The notes below the pieces were generated by a model, which ran no database searches, was not told the origin of the DNA, and saw nothing but the letters and a program-made list of their open reading frames with translations. Made by a program: the position numbers and the translations under genes. A stretch of 41,981 nt of DNA from Promethearchaeota archaeon (lineage in GTDB: Archaea; Asgardarchaeota; Hermodarchaeia; Hermodarchaeales; Hermodarchaeaceae): positions 1 through 41,981 of the forward strand of contig JBHLNC010000001.1 of the NCBI GenBank assembly GCA_048937435.1, in the 5' to 3' direction. Shown here in pieces: positions 1-10,220 of the stretch. Within the stretch, counting starts at the first letter, position 1. Every line of letters begins with the position of its first letter.

Positions 1-837
1 GGAGGGGGGCATTACTAAATCGGGTGGTGATCCAGGAATGAACACTAAATCTTTAGAACCAAGTAGACTAGGAATAGAACGGATGAGTCCTTCGGTATAT
101 GGATGCAGTAGCTCTTTGAATATGGTTTTGACATCTGCAAGTTCTACGATTTGTCCAGCATACATGATGGCGACGCGATCACAGGCTTCTGCGATAGTTG
201 CCAAATCATTTGTAATGAGGATGATTGAAAGTCGTAGGTATTCTTGAAGATTTTTGAGAAGTCGGAGGAGTTGCACTGCTACTGTAATATCAAGGTTGGC
301 GGTGGGTTCGTCAGCGATGAGGATTTTTGGATTAGCGACAAGGGCTAGTGCAATCATTATCCGTTGTGTCATACCTGGAGTGAATTCATGTGGATAGTTA
401 TTGGAAAAGGTGGGATCGATGCCGACGACTTCTAAGAGTTCTTCCATTAGTTTCCGAGCATCGTTATTGGTTGTGTCTTCGTGAAGCATGATTGCTTCCA
501 CAATTTGGTCGCCCACCCTCAACACGGGATTGAGAGCGCTTCTTGGGTTCTGGAAAATCATTGAGATTTCTTCCCAACGAATCTTCTGTAACTCAGCAGG
601 GGATTTCTGAGTGAGGTTCTCACCATCAAGGACAACAGATCCGTCCACAATCCGCCCTGGCTCAGGAAGGAGGTTAAGGAGGGCATAGGCCGTAGTGGAT
701 TTTCCACAGCCAGATTCACCTGCAAGGCCAAGAATTTCTCCTCGCTGCAAGTCGAAGGTGATGTTGTCAACAGCTTTGACAGTACCACGTTCACTGAAAA
801 TGTAGACTTTGAGATTTTTTACTTCCAGTACTGCCAT
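1..837 (-). CDS. Oligopeptide/dipeptide ABC transporter ATP-binding protein (OppD/DppD type), C-terminus cut by window edge
   Basis: Not in the ORF track because it runs off the window. Reverse-strand translation from ATG (835-837) reads MAVLEVKNLKVYIF... It contains Walker A GESGCGKST, Walker B ILIADEPTANLD, the OppD-type YPHEFTPGMTQR signature region and the HPYTEGLIRSIP C-terminal motif. The 78-aa track ORF 558-794 is an out-of-frame artefact inside it. Confidence 0.9.
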   Translation of the reverse strand, partial: MAVLEVKNLKVYIFSERGTVKAVDNITFDLQRGEILGLAGESGCGKSTTAYALLNLLPEPGRIVDGSVVLDGENLTQKSPAELQKIRWEEISMIFQNPRSALNPVLRVGDQIVEAIMLHEDTTNNDARKLMEELLEVVGIDPTFSNNYPHEFTPGMTQRIMIALALVANPKILIADEPTANLDITVAVQLLRLLKNLQEYLRLSIILITNDLATIAEACDRVAIMYAGQIVELADVKTIFKELLHPYTEGLIRSIPSLLGSKDLVFIPGSPPDLVMPPS

Positions 838-856
838 CTGTTTCCACTTTTACATA

Positions 857-2932
857 TTATCTTCGTACTTGGTCTGGTGAATTAAGAACTTCATCGATTG
901 CGTAACCAACGAGTGTAAAGGCTAATGCGAGAAAGAGGATGCATAAGCCGGGAAAGAGGACGTACCACCATGCGCCAATGTAGGTAGCACCTGATTGAAA
1001 AGCATGCATTAACATTCGACCCCAACTCATATCATCTGGATGAGTTAAACCCAAAAATGCTAGACCTGCTTCAGCCAGTAGTGCCCCGGCAGCAGCTAAA
1101 ATGAATTGAGCGAAGAGAATAGGAATGACCATAGGAAGTATATGTTTGGATAGAATGTAGAAATCGCTTGCTCCGATTGCCCGAGCGGCATCGACATATG
1201 CTCGTCGTTTTTCTGTGATGACTTTGGATCGCACTATTCTTGCTGTACTTGTCCACCCAATTAGCGCAATTATCCAGACAATATTCCACCACCGGGGTTG
1301 GAGAATGGCTGCTAATACAATCATCAAGGCAAGTCCCGGAATAATTAAGAAGAAATCAGTTAGTCGTGATAAGATTTCGTCCGTTATTCCACCATAATAG
1401 CCAGCAATTAGTCCAACAACAAGCCCTGAAACGGTGGCAATTAATGCCGCGATAATGGCAACTCTAAAAGCATTCTGTGAGCCCCAGAGTAGTTGTGCCC
1501 AGATGTCTTCCCCTGATTGACCTGCTCCAAGAAAACCATGATAATTCCCTACAATCTCTAGGGTGCAATCATCAAGGAAAATAATGAAAGAGGGCGTATC
1601 CTCTGGTGTTGGATCGGTAATAAGAATTCGAAGGCGTATCCACAGTGTTCCACGCCGATCGAAAGTATTTGTAATCATAAAATCGTTCCAAGCCCATTCG
1701 GGAGAGGAGGTCCAATCACGGTTTTCGCTGATGGCATCACTGCGAAGTATCTCTTCGGTCCACCCATTCACTTCAACGTAACATTCTTGAATTATGTTAA
1801 TTTTGGCATCACCCCAGGCAGTTAGATTTTCAATTTTGTAATTATACCGTAGATAAGCTGTTTTAGGGCGGTCATAGTAGTCCCAGGTGATGTTAGTTTG
1901 TATCCAGCCTGATGATGAAACATAATATGATGAATTATCTGTGTCGATATAGTAGAATCGGAAGCTTCCAGGGCCTGTTAGGTAGCTCCCATCTTGTGTT
2001 GTGTGTTGCCCTTCCATTTGGGGATTGGGGGTTGTGTACGTGTATGAGTTTTCGATGCTGCATTGGAGGTCATCAAGGTGGATCCTAATGTAGGGGGTGT
2101 TTTCAGCAACGGAATTTTGAAAAACGAAATGGAATCGTAGGGTCATATTTCCTGTTGTGATGAATGTGGAGCTAATATCTTCAGAAGGCATATTCTTTGT
2201 CCTAGCATACCATCCGAAAGTTCCTGATGTTTGGTACGTTCTGGAAAAGATTTCTATTGGTTGGCCACTCGAATTCATGATTTCCAGGCTGAAAATTACA
2301 TTAGCGGCGGGAAGGGCAACGTAAGTATTATCGATAACGAATTTGATGCTGTATGACACAAATACCTTGGATGGGTAAAGGCTAGCCAACCCAGGGGAAT
2401 ACCGATCAGTATCGAAGGTGAAGTTGTGATCAAAATAGGCATCGGTACGTCCATAATCAAGATCATCGCGTAAATCATAATATTGAATTGTATAGCAACC
2501 GGGGCCACTCCCATCAACAAGATCAGAACCCGTTGTTGATCTGTAAAAAGCATCCGTAACTGATACTCCATCTCCAACTGCCGAAAACACCCAATCATCG
2601 GCATTCTCATTGAAATGAGAATTATTTACCACGGTATATCCGATGCCTTCAACTGACTCATTGTAACGCCATCCATCTGCATCGTTGTTGAAATGCCAAT
2701 TTGCTAGCGGATGGATTGATTGAAACCCAGTTGGATGTAGCGGGAGTAACCAGGTGGGAAACGCTAGAGCTGGTGCAAACCCAGGACCAGGCCAAGGTAC
2801 GATTAGTGGTGCAAGCAGGGCAATAGCCAAGAAAAAGAGAATGATAATGAGACCCACCATCCCCTTACGGTTCTTTCGATACTTCTTCCAGAATCCAGAG
2901 AACCGCTGCCGATATTCTTCCCTTCTTGTCAT
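857..2932 (-). CDS. ABC transporter permease (OppC/DppC type) with ~390-aa extracytoplasmic insertion after TM1
   Basis: The N-terminus (RFSGFWKKYRKNRKGMVGLIIILFFLAIALLAPLIV) is typical OppC TM1. The last ~225 aa form a standard binding-protein-dependent permease core (...LSRLTDFFLIIPGLALMIVL..., ...AARAIGASDFYILSKHILP...). It is separated by 20 nt from the ATPase gene and 14 nt from the OppB-type gene. Confidence 0.85.
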   Translation of the reverse strand: MTRREEYRQRFSGFWKKYRKNRKGMVGLIIILFFLAIALLAPLIVPWPGPGFAPALAFPTWLLPLHPTGFQSIHPLANWHFNNDADGWRYNESVEGIGYTVVNNSHFNENADDWVFSAVGDGVSVTDAFYRSTTGSDLVDGSGPGCYTIQYYDLRDDLDYGRTDAYFDHNFTFDTDRYSPGLASLYPSKVFVSYSIKFVIDNTYVALPAANVIFSLEIMNSSGQPIEIFSRTYQTSGTFGWYARTKNMPSEDISSTFITTGNMTLRFHFVFQNSVAENTPYIRIHLDDLQCSIENSYTYTTPNPQMEGQHTTQDGSYLTGPGSFRFYYIDTDNSSYYVSSSGWIQTNITWDYYDRPKTAYLRYNYKIENLTAWGDAKINIIQECYVEVNGWTEEILRSDAISENRDWTSSPEWAWNDFMITNTFDRRGTLWIRLRILITDPTPEDTPSFIIFLDDCTLEIVGNYHGFLGAGQSGEDIWAQLLWGSQNAFRVAIIAALIATVSGLVVGLIAGYYGGITDEILSRLTDFFLIIPGLALMIVLAAILQPRWWNIVWIIALIGWTSTARIVRSKVITEKRRAYVDAARAIGASDFYILSKHILPMVIPILFAQFILAAAGALLAEAGLAFLGLTHPDDMSWGRMLMHAFQSGATYIGAWWYVLFPGLCILFLALAFTLVGYAIDEVLNSPDQVRR

Positions 2933-2946
2933 GCTTTACACCGTTT

Positions 2947-3954
2947 TCAATCAAATCTGACACGTGGATCTAGATAACCGTAGAGAAGATCAGCGATGAA
3001 GTTGGCAATGATAACTGCAATTGCAAGAATGAAGAAAATAGCTTGTAGAACGGGATAATCTCGAGCCTGGATAGAATCGAAAATGAGTCGTCCAACACCA
3101 TACCAATCAAAGACAGTCTCGGTGAGCGTTGCACCGGTTATGAGAAACCCAAAGGTTAACGCAATCATAGAGACTAAGGGAAGAATCGCATTCCGCATAG
3201 CGTGCTTATACAGAACAGCGTTTTCGTTCACGCCTTTTGCACGGGCTGTGAGGATAAAATCCTCTGACATGACTTCGACGAGTGTGTTCCGCGTCACCAG
3301 CATGTAAGCCCCAAAGGAAACAAGAGCGAGAGTAAATGCTGGCAAAACAAGATGATGGGCGACAGACAAAGCATACAGGAGGGGATCTTCTGGGGCAGGT
3401 GAATGGACGGTACCTCTCTTTGGGAAGAGTGGAAGGTAGGTGGCAAAAAGCAGTATGAAAATCATCCCTAACCAAAAGGAAGGTGTTGAATAGAAGGCAA
3501 GAGTCGTCGTAACCAGGCCTTTGTCCACTTTGCTATCCCGTCGAGTAGCAGCAACGATACCAGCAACGATGCCGAGGATTATGGTAATAACAGCGGCAGT
3601 ACCGGTCAACAGGAGAGTATTAGGAAGGCGGGCCGCAATGGTTTCAATGACTGGTCGACTTTCTACGAACGAGTAGCCATAATTGAAAGTGAACATGTTG
3701 ATAATATATTGACCAAATTGCACGAAGAGGGGCTGATCTAATCCCCAAAGCATTCGGAGTTGTTCGGCGCGTTGGGGATCAAAAGAATCACCGATGATAA
3801 TTGAGGATGCGTCACCAGGCATTAAGCGGAAAACGAAGAAACTAAAGATGACGACAGCAATGACTAACATGAAGCTATTGATGGTTCGTCGTATCACGAA
3901 CTCGCGAAAGCCCACCAGTAATGCCTCCAGTTTTACAGAGCACGCCGTTGGCAC
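2947..3954 (-). CDS. ABC transporter permease (OppB/DppB type)
   Basis: 335 aa with about 6 hydrophobic helices. Opp/DppB-like conserved stretches are present (FVIRRTINSFMLVIAVVIFSFFVFRLMPGD, EDFILTARAKGVNENAVLYKHAMRNAILP). It is first in the same-strand permease/ATPase series. Confidence 0.9.
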   Translation of the reverse strand: MPTACSVKLEALLVGFREFVIRRTINSFMLVIAVVIFSFFVFRLMPGDASSIIIGDSFDPQRAEQLRMLWGLDQPLFVQFGQYIINMFTFNYGYSFVESRPVIETIAARLPNTLLLTGTAAVITIILGIVAGIVAATRRDSKVDKGLVTTTLAFYSTPSFWLGMIFILLFATYLPLFPKRGTVHSPAPEDPLLYALSVAHHLVLPAFTLALVSFGAYMLVTRNTLVEVMSEDFILTARAKGVNENAVLYKHAMRNAILPLVSMIALTFGFLITGATLTETVFDWYGVGRLIFDSIQARDYPVLQAIFFILAIAVIIANFIADLLYGYLDPRVRFD

Positions 3955-4020
3955 TCCTGTTACCGTTTATTATAAGCTTTGCTTTGCATGCAAGAGCAAT
4001 TGGAGCTATGGGAAGTGATA

Positions 4021-4314
4021 CTAGGGTTGGGGAATTCGGATAAGAGTCATAACCCAGAATCCGAGAATTATTGCCACGAACATTCCAATCATGAAGATAA
4101 GCTGTCCTAGTACCAACAGAGGAAAATTCGTGGGAGAATAGATGGCTACTACACCCCAAATTATGCCACCAATTATCATGAGGAGAATTGGAATAAGAAA
4201 AATCCGTAAGTTAATCTTCTTTAGTGGTGATCCCTTCGGTTTCTGTGATTCTTGAACACGGAACTGGTTATGAAAAGAGAATCGTGGAACGTATCTACAA
4301 ACCATTTCGTTCAC
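4021..4314 (-). CDS. Small hypothetical membrane protein (2 predicted TM helices)
   Basis: 97-aa ORF with two clear hydrophobic helices (IFLIPILLMIIGGIIWGVVAIY; LGQLIFMIGMFVAIILGFWVMTL), directly upstream of the permease genes on the same strand. No recognisable family. Confidence 0.4.
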   Translation of the reverse strand: MNEMVCRYVPRFSFHNQFRVQESQKPKGSPLKKINLRIFLIPILLMIIGGIIWGVVAIYSPTNFPLLVLGQLIFMIGMFVAIILGFWVMTLIRIPQP

Positions 4315-4443
4315 CTATTCAGCCCTTTAAAACTAGGAGGGGAGGAGAAAAAAGCTCCTTTTTCAGCATGATGCCCTCAATTCACCCATTTCTAAGTCGA
4401 AAACCTGAAGGAATAAAGGTAATACCATCCCACGATTATACCC

Positions 4444-6531
4444 TTGAGTGTTGAAATGACCATGCTGCCACAAGGTCGAAGTAAGGAATCGGTTCGAATT
4501 GGCATTGATGTCGGTGGAACCTTCACCGACGTATTGCTAATTGATTCTACTGGGAAACGGTGGCATGTCAAGGTTCGATCTACTCCAGAGGATTCTTCGA
4601 AAGGGGTTCTCAATGGCTTAATGAAGATTCTAAATCTTGCCAAGATAAAGCCAGATGCAGTTCGATATCTCTTACATGGAACAACAGTTGCCACAAATGC
4701 AGTATTACAACGGAAAGGTGCTAAAATCAGTTTAATAGTCACAAAAGGTTTTGAAGATATTTTAGAAATTGGACGACAACAACGACCAACACTTTATGAT
4801 CTGTTTGTGAAACGAGTTACACCGCTAGTTCCACGCGACCGGATTTTTGGCGTTGAAGAACGCATTGAAGCAGATGGTGCCATCCATACACCCCTTGCTG
4901 AGAAAGAATTGAAAAAGACCCTCAAGAGGGCGGTACGAAACGTAGAAGGTTTGGCTGTATGCCTCCTCTTTGCGTATCAGAATCCTATCCATGAACAACA
5001 ACTACTTTCCCAATTAGAAGACATTAACTCAGAGTTACCCGTCTCTATTTCATCAGAAGTTCTACCAGAATATCGAGAATACGAACGAATGTCAACCACT
5101 GTATTGAACGCCTATGTGACCCCCGTGTTAACTCGGTATCTTCGACGTTTGGATGGAGCTCTAACAGATGTGGGGATCAAGACTCCACTATTAGTTATGC
5201 AAAGCCATGGTGGTGTGTTACAATCACGGCTAGCTGGAACTCAAGCAGCGCGACTACTCTTCAGTGGGTTAGCGGGTGGAACTTTGGGAGGAAGATATAC
5301 AGGTCAGGTCATGAACCATGATAATATTATCACCTTTGACATGGGAGGAACCAGTACTGATGTCGCGCTAATTTCAAATGCTAGAATCCGAGAAACCACT
5401 GAGGGACAGATTGGAGGATTACCCTGTCGGGTGCCAATGACTGATGTGGAAACTGTTGGTGCGGGTGGAGGAAGTATTGCTTGGATTGATGAGGGAGGAA
5501 TTTTACGAGTTGGACCGCAGAGTGCAGGTGCAGACCCAGGTCCCGCTGCATATGGAACTGGAGGACAAGAGCCGACAGTTACTGATGCGAACCTTCTTCT
5601 TGGGCGATTGAATCCTGATTACTTTCTGGGTGGTGAGCTTTTGTTACATTCGGAGTTTGCCAAGCAGTCCATTCAAGGGTTGGTTGACAAGTTGTCCTTA
5701 TCATTGGAGAGATGTGCCTTTGGTATTGTTCGAGTCGTCAATGCAAATATGGAACGAGCCATTCGGGTGGTTTCCATTCAACGCGGATTTGATCCACGAG
5801 ACTTTGCACTGGTTGCATTTGGTGGAGCGGGACCAATGCATGCGTGGGCGTTAGCGAAGAATTTAGGTATTCCACGCGTTCTTGTTCCCATGGCACCCGG
5901 ACTTCATTCGGCTTTAGGATTATTAGCTACGAATCTTCGTTGTGATCAAAGCCAAACGGTGTTGGAATCTACTATCTCGCCCGATTTCAAACGTATCCAG
6001 AAAGTCTACAAACAACTGGAAATACAACTACGAGATTTACTCCGAGAGCAAGGTGTCCCGCAGAAATCGATTTCGATTCAACGTTTCACTGATCTCCGAT
6101 ATGAAGGACAAGCTTACGAAATTACTTTACAGGTTCCAAATGGTCAAGTTTCAAAGGCGTGGATGCAGGAGCTAGTAAATGCCTTTCATAGCCGCCATGA
6201 GCAGCAATATGGTTTTGCAGCAACCGAAGCCCCTGTTACAATAGTGAATCTTCGAGTTATTGCCGTTGGCCCAATGCCTTCATTGAAACCGGCTGATATA
6301 GAAATTCAGAAAGATTCCTCACCTACACCTCATATGAGTCGCCCAGTGTTCTTTGAAGAAGTGGAAGGGATTATTGATACACCAATTTTTGAACGGACAG
6401 TGTTGGGACAAGGTGCTGTGATTAGTGGTCCAGCCATTATCGAGCAATTAGATTCAACTACGGTTGTTCATCCTAAGACTCGAGCTGTTGTAAGCCGAGG
6501 GGGTAATTTGGTATTAGAGGCGATATCATGA
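4444..6531 (+). CDS. hyuA: Hydantoinase/oxoprolinase family protein, A (beta) subunit
   Basis: Two actin-fold ATPase phosphate motifs (IGIDVGGTFTDVLL and FDMGGTSTDVAL) and family-typical length (695 aa). The stop overlaps the start of the B subunit by 4 nt (ATGA). The track start is TTG; in-frame ATGs at 4456 and 4462 are alternatives. Confidence 0.9.
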   Translation: MSVEMTMLPQGRSKESVRIGIDVGGTFTDVLLIDSTGKRWHVKVRSTPEDSSKGVLNGLMKILNLAKIKPDAVRYLLHGTTVATNAVLQRKGAKISLIVTKGFEDILEIGRQQRPTLYDLFVKRVTPLVPRDRIFGVEERIEADGAIHTPLAEKELKKTLKRAVRNVEGLAVCLLFAYQNPIHEQQLLSQLEDINSELPVSISSEVLPEYREYERMSTTVLNAYVTPVLTRYLRRLDGALTDVGIKTPLLVMQSHGGVLQSRLAGTQAARLLFSGLAGGTLGGRYTGQVMNHDNIITFDMGGTSTDVALISNARIRETTEGQIGGLPCRVPMTDVETVGAGGGSIAWIDEGGILRVGPQSAGADPGPAAYGTGGQEPTVTDANLLLGRLNPDYFLGGELLLHSEFAKQSIQGLVDKLSLSLERCAFGIVRVVNANMERAIRVVSIQRGFDPRDFALVAFGGAGPMHAWALAKNLGIPRVLVPMAPGLHSALGLLATNLRCDQSQTVLESTISPDFKRIQKVYKQLEIQLRDLLREQGVPQKSISIQRFTDLRYEGQAYEITLQVPNGQVSKAWMQELVNAFHSRHEQQYGFAATEAPVTIVNLRVIAVGPMPSLKPADIEIQKDSSPTPHMSRPVFFEEVEGIIDTPIFERTVLGQGAVISGPAIIEQLDSTTVVHPKTRAVVSRGGNLVLEAIS

Positions 6532-8120
6532 AAACCGACCCAGTATCCTTTGAGGTGTTACGTAACGCATTCATTTCTGTAGCTGAGGAAATGGGGGCTG
6601 CGTTAGTTCGAACAGCGTATTCACCAAACATCAAGGAACGTCGTGATTGCTCAGCAGCTGTGTTTGATGTGCAAGGTGAAATGGTCAGCCAGGCTGAACA
6701 TATTCCTGTCCATTTGGGGGCAATGCCTAAATCGGTGAAGGCCGCAATCGATGTCTACCCGATTAAGCGGTGGGAAAAGGGAGATGTTGTTATTCTTAAC
6801 GACCCTTATGAAGGGGGAACCCATCTCCCAGATATTACCCTAATTTCACCTGTTTTATACAAGGAAGAGGTTGCAGGATTTGTCGCAAATCGAGCACATC
6901 ACGCGGATGTGGGAGGCTCTGTCCCAGGGTCTATGCCTGGTGGAGCCACAGAAATCTACCAAGAAGGCCTCAGAATCCCGCCCACAAAGCTAGTTGAAGA
7001 CGGTAGGGTGAATCAAGGGCTTTGGCGGATTATCCTGGCAAATGTTCGAACCCCAATCGAACGGCAAGGTGACTTACGAGCCCAATTAGCCGCTAATGCA
7101 ACAGGCGTCACTCGTTTCGAATCTATTCTTCAAAAATATTCACGTTCAACAATCTTTACTTTCCTAACTGATTTGCATGACTACTCGAGCAATCGGATGT
7201 TACAACAACTCCAGCAAATGCCCAAGGGGAAATACGCATTCACCGACTACATGGACAATGATGGCATCACGTCAGAACCAGTAAGCCTTACTGTTCAAGT
7301 CACCATAAAACAGAATCAAATAATCTTTGACTTTACTGGAAGCGATCCTCAAACTCAAGGTAATATCAATGCACCTTTTGCTGTTACCCTCTCTTGTTCA
7401 TATTACGTGCTACGATGCGTTACAGATCCTACTATTCCGGTGAATGCGGGTTGTTATGCACCCCTTAAAGTCATAGCGCCATTAGGGACCGTTCTCAATC
7501 CACGTCCTCCTGCAGCAGTGTCAGCAGGCAATGTTGAGACTTCACAGCGAATCGTTGACGTGCTTCTTGGGGCATTAAAAGAAGCACTCCCAGATCGTAT
7601 TCCTGCAGCCAGCCAGGGCACAATGAACAACCTCATTATAGGGGGAACCATTCCTGGAACTACACGGGCTTTCACTTTTTATGAAACAATCGCTGGAGGA
7701 CTCGGCGCACGTCCGAAATCTGATGGCATTGATGGAATTCACAGCCATATGACAAATACTGCAAATACGCCCATTGAAGCACTGGAGAGTGCTTATCCCC
7801 TTCGTGTTCGTTGCTACAAGCTCATTCTGAAAAGTGGAGGTGAGGGGCGGTATCGGGGTGGTGAAGGTATCCAAAGGGATATTGAAATCCTCTCCGACCA
7901 GGCTGTTGTATCCATTCAGAGTGATCGTCGTCACTTTGCCCCTTGGGGGCTTCGTGGTGGTCAACCGGCGCGTCCTGGAAGAAACCGCCACTGGAATGGA
8001 ACTCAATGGCAAGAGCTACCTGGCAAAATTACATTTACTGCAAGGAAGGGAGATGTCATAAGCATCCAAACCCCAGGCGGTGGGGGTTATGGAACTTCCA
8101 AAGAAAAGAAACGGGATTAG
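6528..8120 (+). CDS. hyuB: Hydantoinase B/oxoprolinase family protein
   Basis: The characteristic [15 protein letters not shown] motif is present and the protein is 530 aa. It is translationally coupled to the A subunit. Confidence 0.9.
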   Translation: MKTDPVSFEVLRNAFISVAEEMGAALVRTAYSPNIKERRDCSAAVFDVQGEMVSQAEHIPVHLGAMPKSVKAAIDVYPIKRWEKGDVVILNDPYEGGTHLPDITLISPVLYKEEVAGFVANRAHHADVGGSVPGSMPGGATEIYQEGLRIPPTKLVEDGRVNQGLWRIILANVRTPIERQGDLRAQLAANATGVTRFESILQKYSRSTIFTFLTDLHDYSSNRMLQQLQQMPKGKYAFTDYMDNDGITSEPVSLTVQVTIKQNQIIFDFTGSDPQTQGNINAPFAVTLSCSYYVLRCVTDPTIPVNAGCYAPLKVIAPLGTVLNPRPPAAVSAGNVETSQRIVDVLLGALKEALPDRIPAASQGTMNNLIIGGTIPGTTRAFTFYETIAGGLGARPKSDGIDGIHSHMTNTANTPIEALESAYPLRVRCYKLILKSGGEGRYRGGEGIQRDIEILSDQAVVSIQSDRRHFAPWGLRGGQPARPGRNRHWNGTQWQELPGKITFTARKGDVISIQTPGGGGYGTSKEKKRD

Positions 8121-8770
8121 AGTATTCCATGAAGAACAAGGGCATTCAGGTAAAACACTGCCCCAAATAAAATTAAAAGGGCTCCGAAAAATGCGTTAAG
8201 AACTCGATATCCATTGGTTCCGATTAATCTTGTTCCTTTGTTAGTAAGCCAAGCGGTTCCCATAAGCCAGACATAGTCGATCCATACATGGCTAAGAAAC
8301 ATGATTATTACTCCTGCTAGGGCTGCGAAAAGGAGTGCATCAAGTATAATTTTGGCTCCGACGGTGAACCACCAGACAATGAAAAATGGATTTAACGCTG
8401 AAAATAGGAGACCTACAAGAATTGGATGCCGCGTTGGTTTATCCTTAGCCAAGTCGATCCCTTCACCGTCATCGAGAGTTTTGATTGCTTCTCGAACTTG
8501 CAAGCCACCAAAGATTATGAGAACACTGCCTCCAACAATCGCAAGCCCTACATGAAAACCAGGAATGAAAAAGAGGAAACTAAGTCCAAATGCGATGAGA
8601 AGAATGACTGGAAGCTCGACAAAGGTGTGACCTATCGAGAGCCAAAATCCTCCCTTCCACCCCCACCGAGGAGCATTGGACAGATTAGTAAATAGGAGTG
8701 GACCGGGGGAGAGGGCGCCACTCAAGGAAATTAGAATCACAGAGAAAAGGAAGAAAACGAAGGGAGTCAA
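8117..8770 (-). CDS. LysE/RhtB family amino-acid exporter
   Basis: 217 aa with about 6 TM helices. The N-terminal LSGALSPGPLLF motif is typical of LysE-type translocators. Confidence 0.8.
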   Translation of the reverse strand: MTPFVFFLFSVILISLSGALSPGPLLFTNLSNAPRWGWKGGFWLSIGHTFVELPVILLIAFGLSFLFFIPGFHVGLAIVGGSVLIIFGGLQVREAIKTLDDGEGIDLAKDKPTRHPILVGLLFSALNPFFIVWWFTVGAKIILDALLFAALAGVIIMFLSHVWIDYVWLMGTAWLTNKGTRLIGTNGYRVLNAFFGALLILFGAVFYLNALVLHGIL

Positions 8771-8822
8771 AGATTAACCTCGTGATGTTTTGGTTTCAAC
8801 TTTAATGAGTCCGTGTAGTTAA

Positions 8823-10136
8823 TTAGTCTAGCGTGTCCATTATGGCAATTTCTTCCTCTTCATGAGGAATAGGAGGCAGTCGAGTTTTGTGTTCTGGTTC
8901 TTTCACGGTCAACCCAAAGATGAAGATTCCGATTATGACAAGACCTGCAGAGATGTAGAATGTATCGATAATAGCTTGTAGTTGAGCAACTTCAAGAGGA
9001 TGTCCAAAGTTCAAATAGAGGTTTTGCTGCCACGTAGCATACGTTCCACCAACAGCTGTTGGAGAAGAACCGAAAGATAGGGTCCAGACAGCGTTATAAG
9101 TCCCGAATAACTCCCCACGTTGAGCTTCAGGTATCATATCAGCAACAAGAGCGTATGAGACTGTATGAGCCGATGGTCGAACAATGCCATTCACGGCATT
9201 GACTACTAACATCCCCAGCAGAGTATTTACAAAACCATAGAGTGCAGATGTGATTGCTTGAACAATCATGACTCCGACTAATACAGGTTTCCGACCAATT
9301 CGATCGCCAAGAATTCCAGCGACCGGTGCTGCAACAAGACCAGCAGCAGAATTCACATTTCGGACCAAGCTGATTTCAATTGAATTAAGATTAAGACCCA
9401 ATCGGAGGTAGAAGGTGAATAAGGAAAGATAGCAGGTCCACCCTACGATGATAAATGACCAAACGCCAAGAAAAATAAGATAATTTCGAGGATAACGATC
9501 CCTCCAACTTGGTTTTATTTCGGAACTCGCGGTTTGGTGATAAAGATTTTCTGTACTCGATGGAGTTGAAATCTCTGGAACGGAAACAATAAGGACAAGG
9601 ACGCTACCAAACATGATTCCTGCAGCTAGTGGAAAGGCCCAATGAAATCCCGCAGCAGGGACTGGGAAATCGTAGATAAATCCCATTATTGCTGCTCCGA
9701 AAATTCGTCCTCCTACACCGATGGAATTTATTCGCCCCATTAGGGTTGATCGTTCGGTAGGACTGGATAGATCAGCGAAGAGGGCAGACCACCCAGTATT
9801 CGACATGGACCATATGGCTTCAATCATGGTTAATCCGAGGATAATTGTCCAGATAGTAATGTTTGTCCAGATGACTAGGTAGCCAACTCCCGCAAAGATC
9901 TCTCCGACTACAATTAGCAATCTTCGTCGATGTATTCGATCGCTTAATCGTCCCCATACGAAGGCTTGCATTGAACTGTTAGCTAGCATTGGTAATGTGA
10001 TAACGAGTCCAAGTTGGATGAAGTTCGCACCAAGAGCTTCTGCCATGAAGAGAGTTAGAAACGTGTAGAATATGGCCCGACGGGAATTAACCATAAATTG
10101 AAAGGAGCCCATGCCAATCTGGATTTTTGTCCGCAT
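8823..10136 (-). CDS. MFS transporter
   Basis: 437 aa, about 12 TM helices. MFS motif A occurs in both halves (GRLSDRIHRRRLL; GILGDRIGRKPVL). Confidence 0.85.
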   Translation of the reverse strand: MRTKIQIGMGSFQFMVNSRRAIFYTFLTLFMAEALGANFIQLGLVITLPMLANSSMQAFVWGRLSDRIHRRRLLIVVGEIFAGVGYLVIWTNITIWTIILGLTMIEAIWSMSNTGWSALFADLSSPTERSTLMGRINSIGVGGRIFGAAIMGFIYDFPVPAAGFHWAFPLAAGIMFGSVLVLIVSVPEISTPSSTENLYHQTASSEIKPSWRDRYPRNYLIFLGVWSFIIVGWTCYLSLFTFYLRLGLNLNSIEISLVRNVNSAAGLVAAPVAGILGDRIGRKPVLVGVMIVQAITSALYGFVNTLLGMLVVNAVNGIVRPSAHTVSYALVADMIPEAQRGELFGTYNAVWTLSFGSSPTAVGGTYATWQQNLYLNFGHPLEVAQLQAIIDTFYISAGLVIIGIFIFGLTVKEPEHKTRLPPIPHEEEEIAIMDTLD

Positions 10137-10220
10137 GATCTAGACCCACAAAAAACGCTTATTCAATAAGACAACGGAGAAAGGTAAAGGAGCGGTGTTA
10201 CGCTCAATAGATTTTCCTAG

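Noticed and set aside
558-794. 78-aa ORF from the six-frame track
   Set aside because: It lies out of frame inside the much longer, motif-rich OppD-type ATPase reading frame (1-837, minus strand), which is open to the window edge. It has no motifs of its own.
7575-8012. 145-aa minus-strand ORF inside hyuB
   Set aside because: It is antisense to a gene with clear family motifs. It has no start context or recognisable features.
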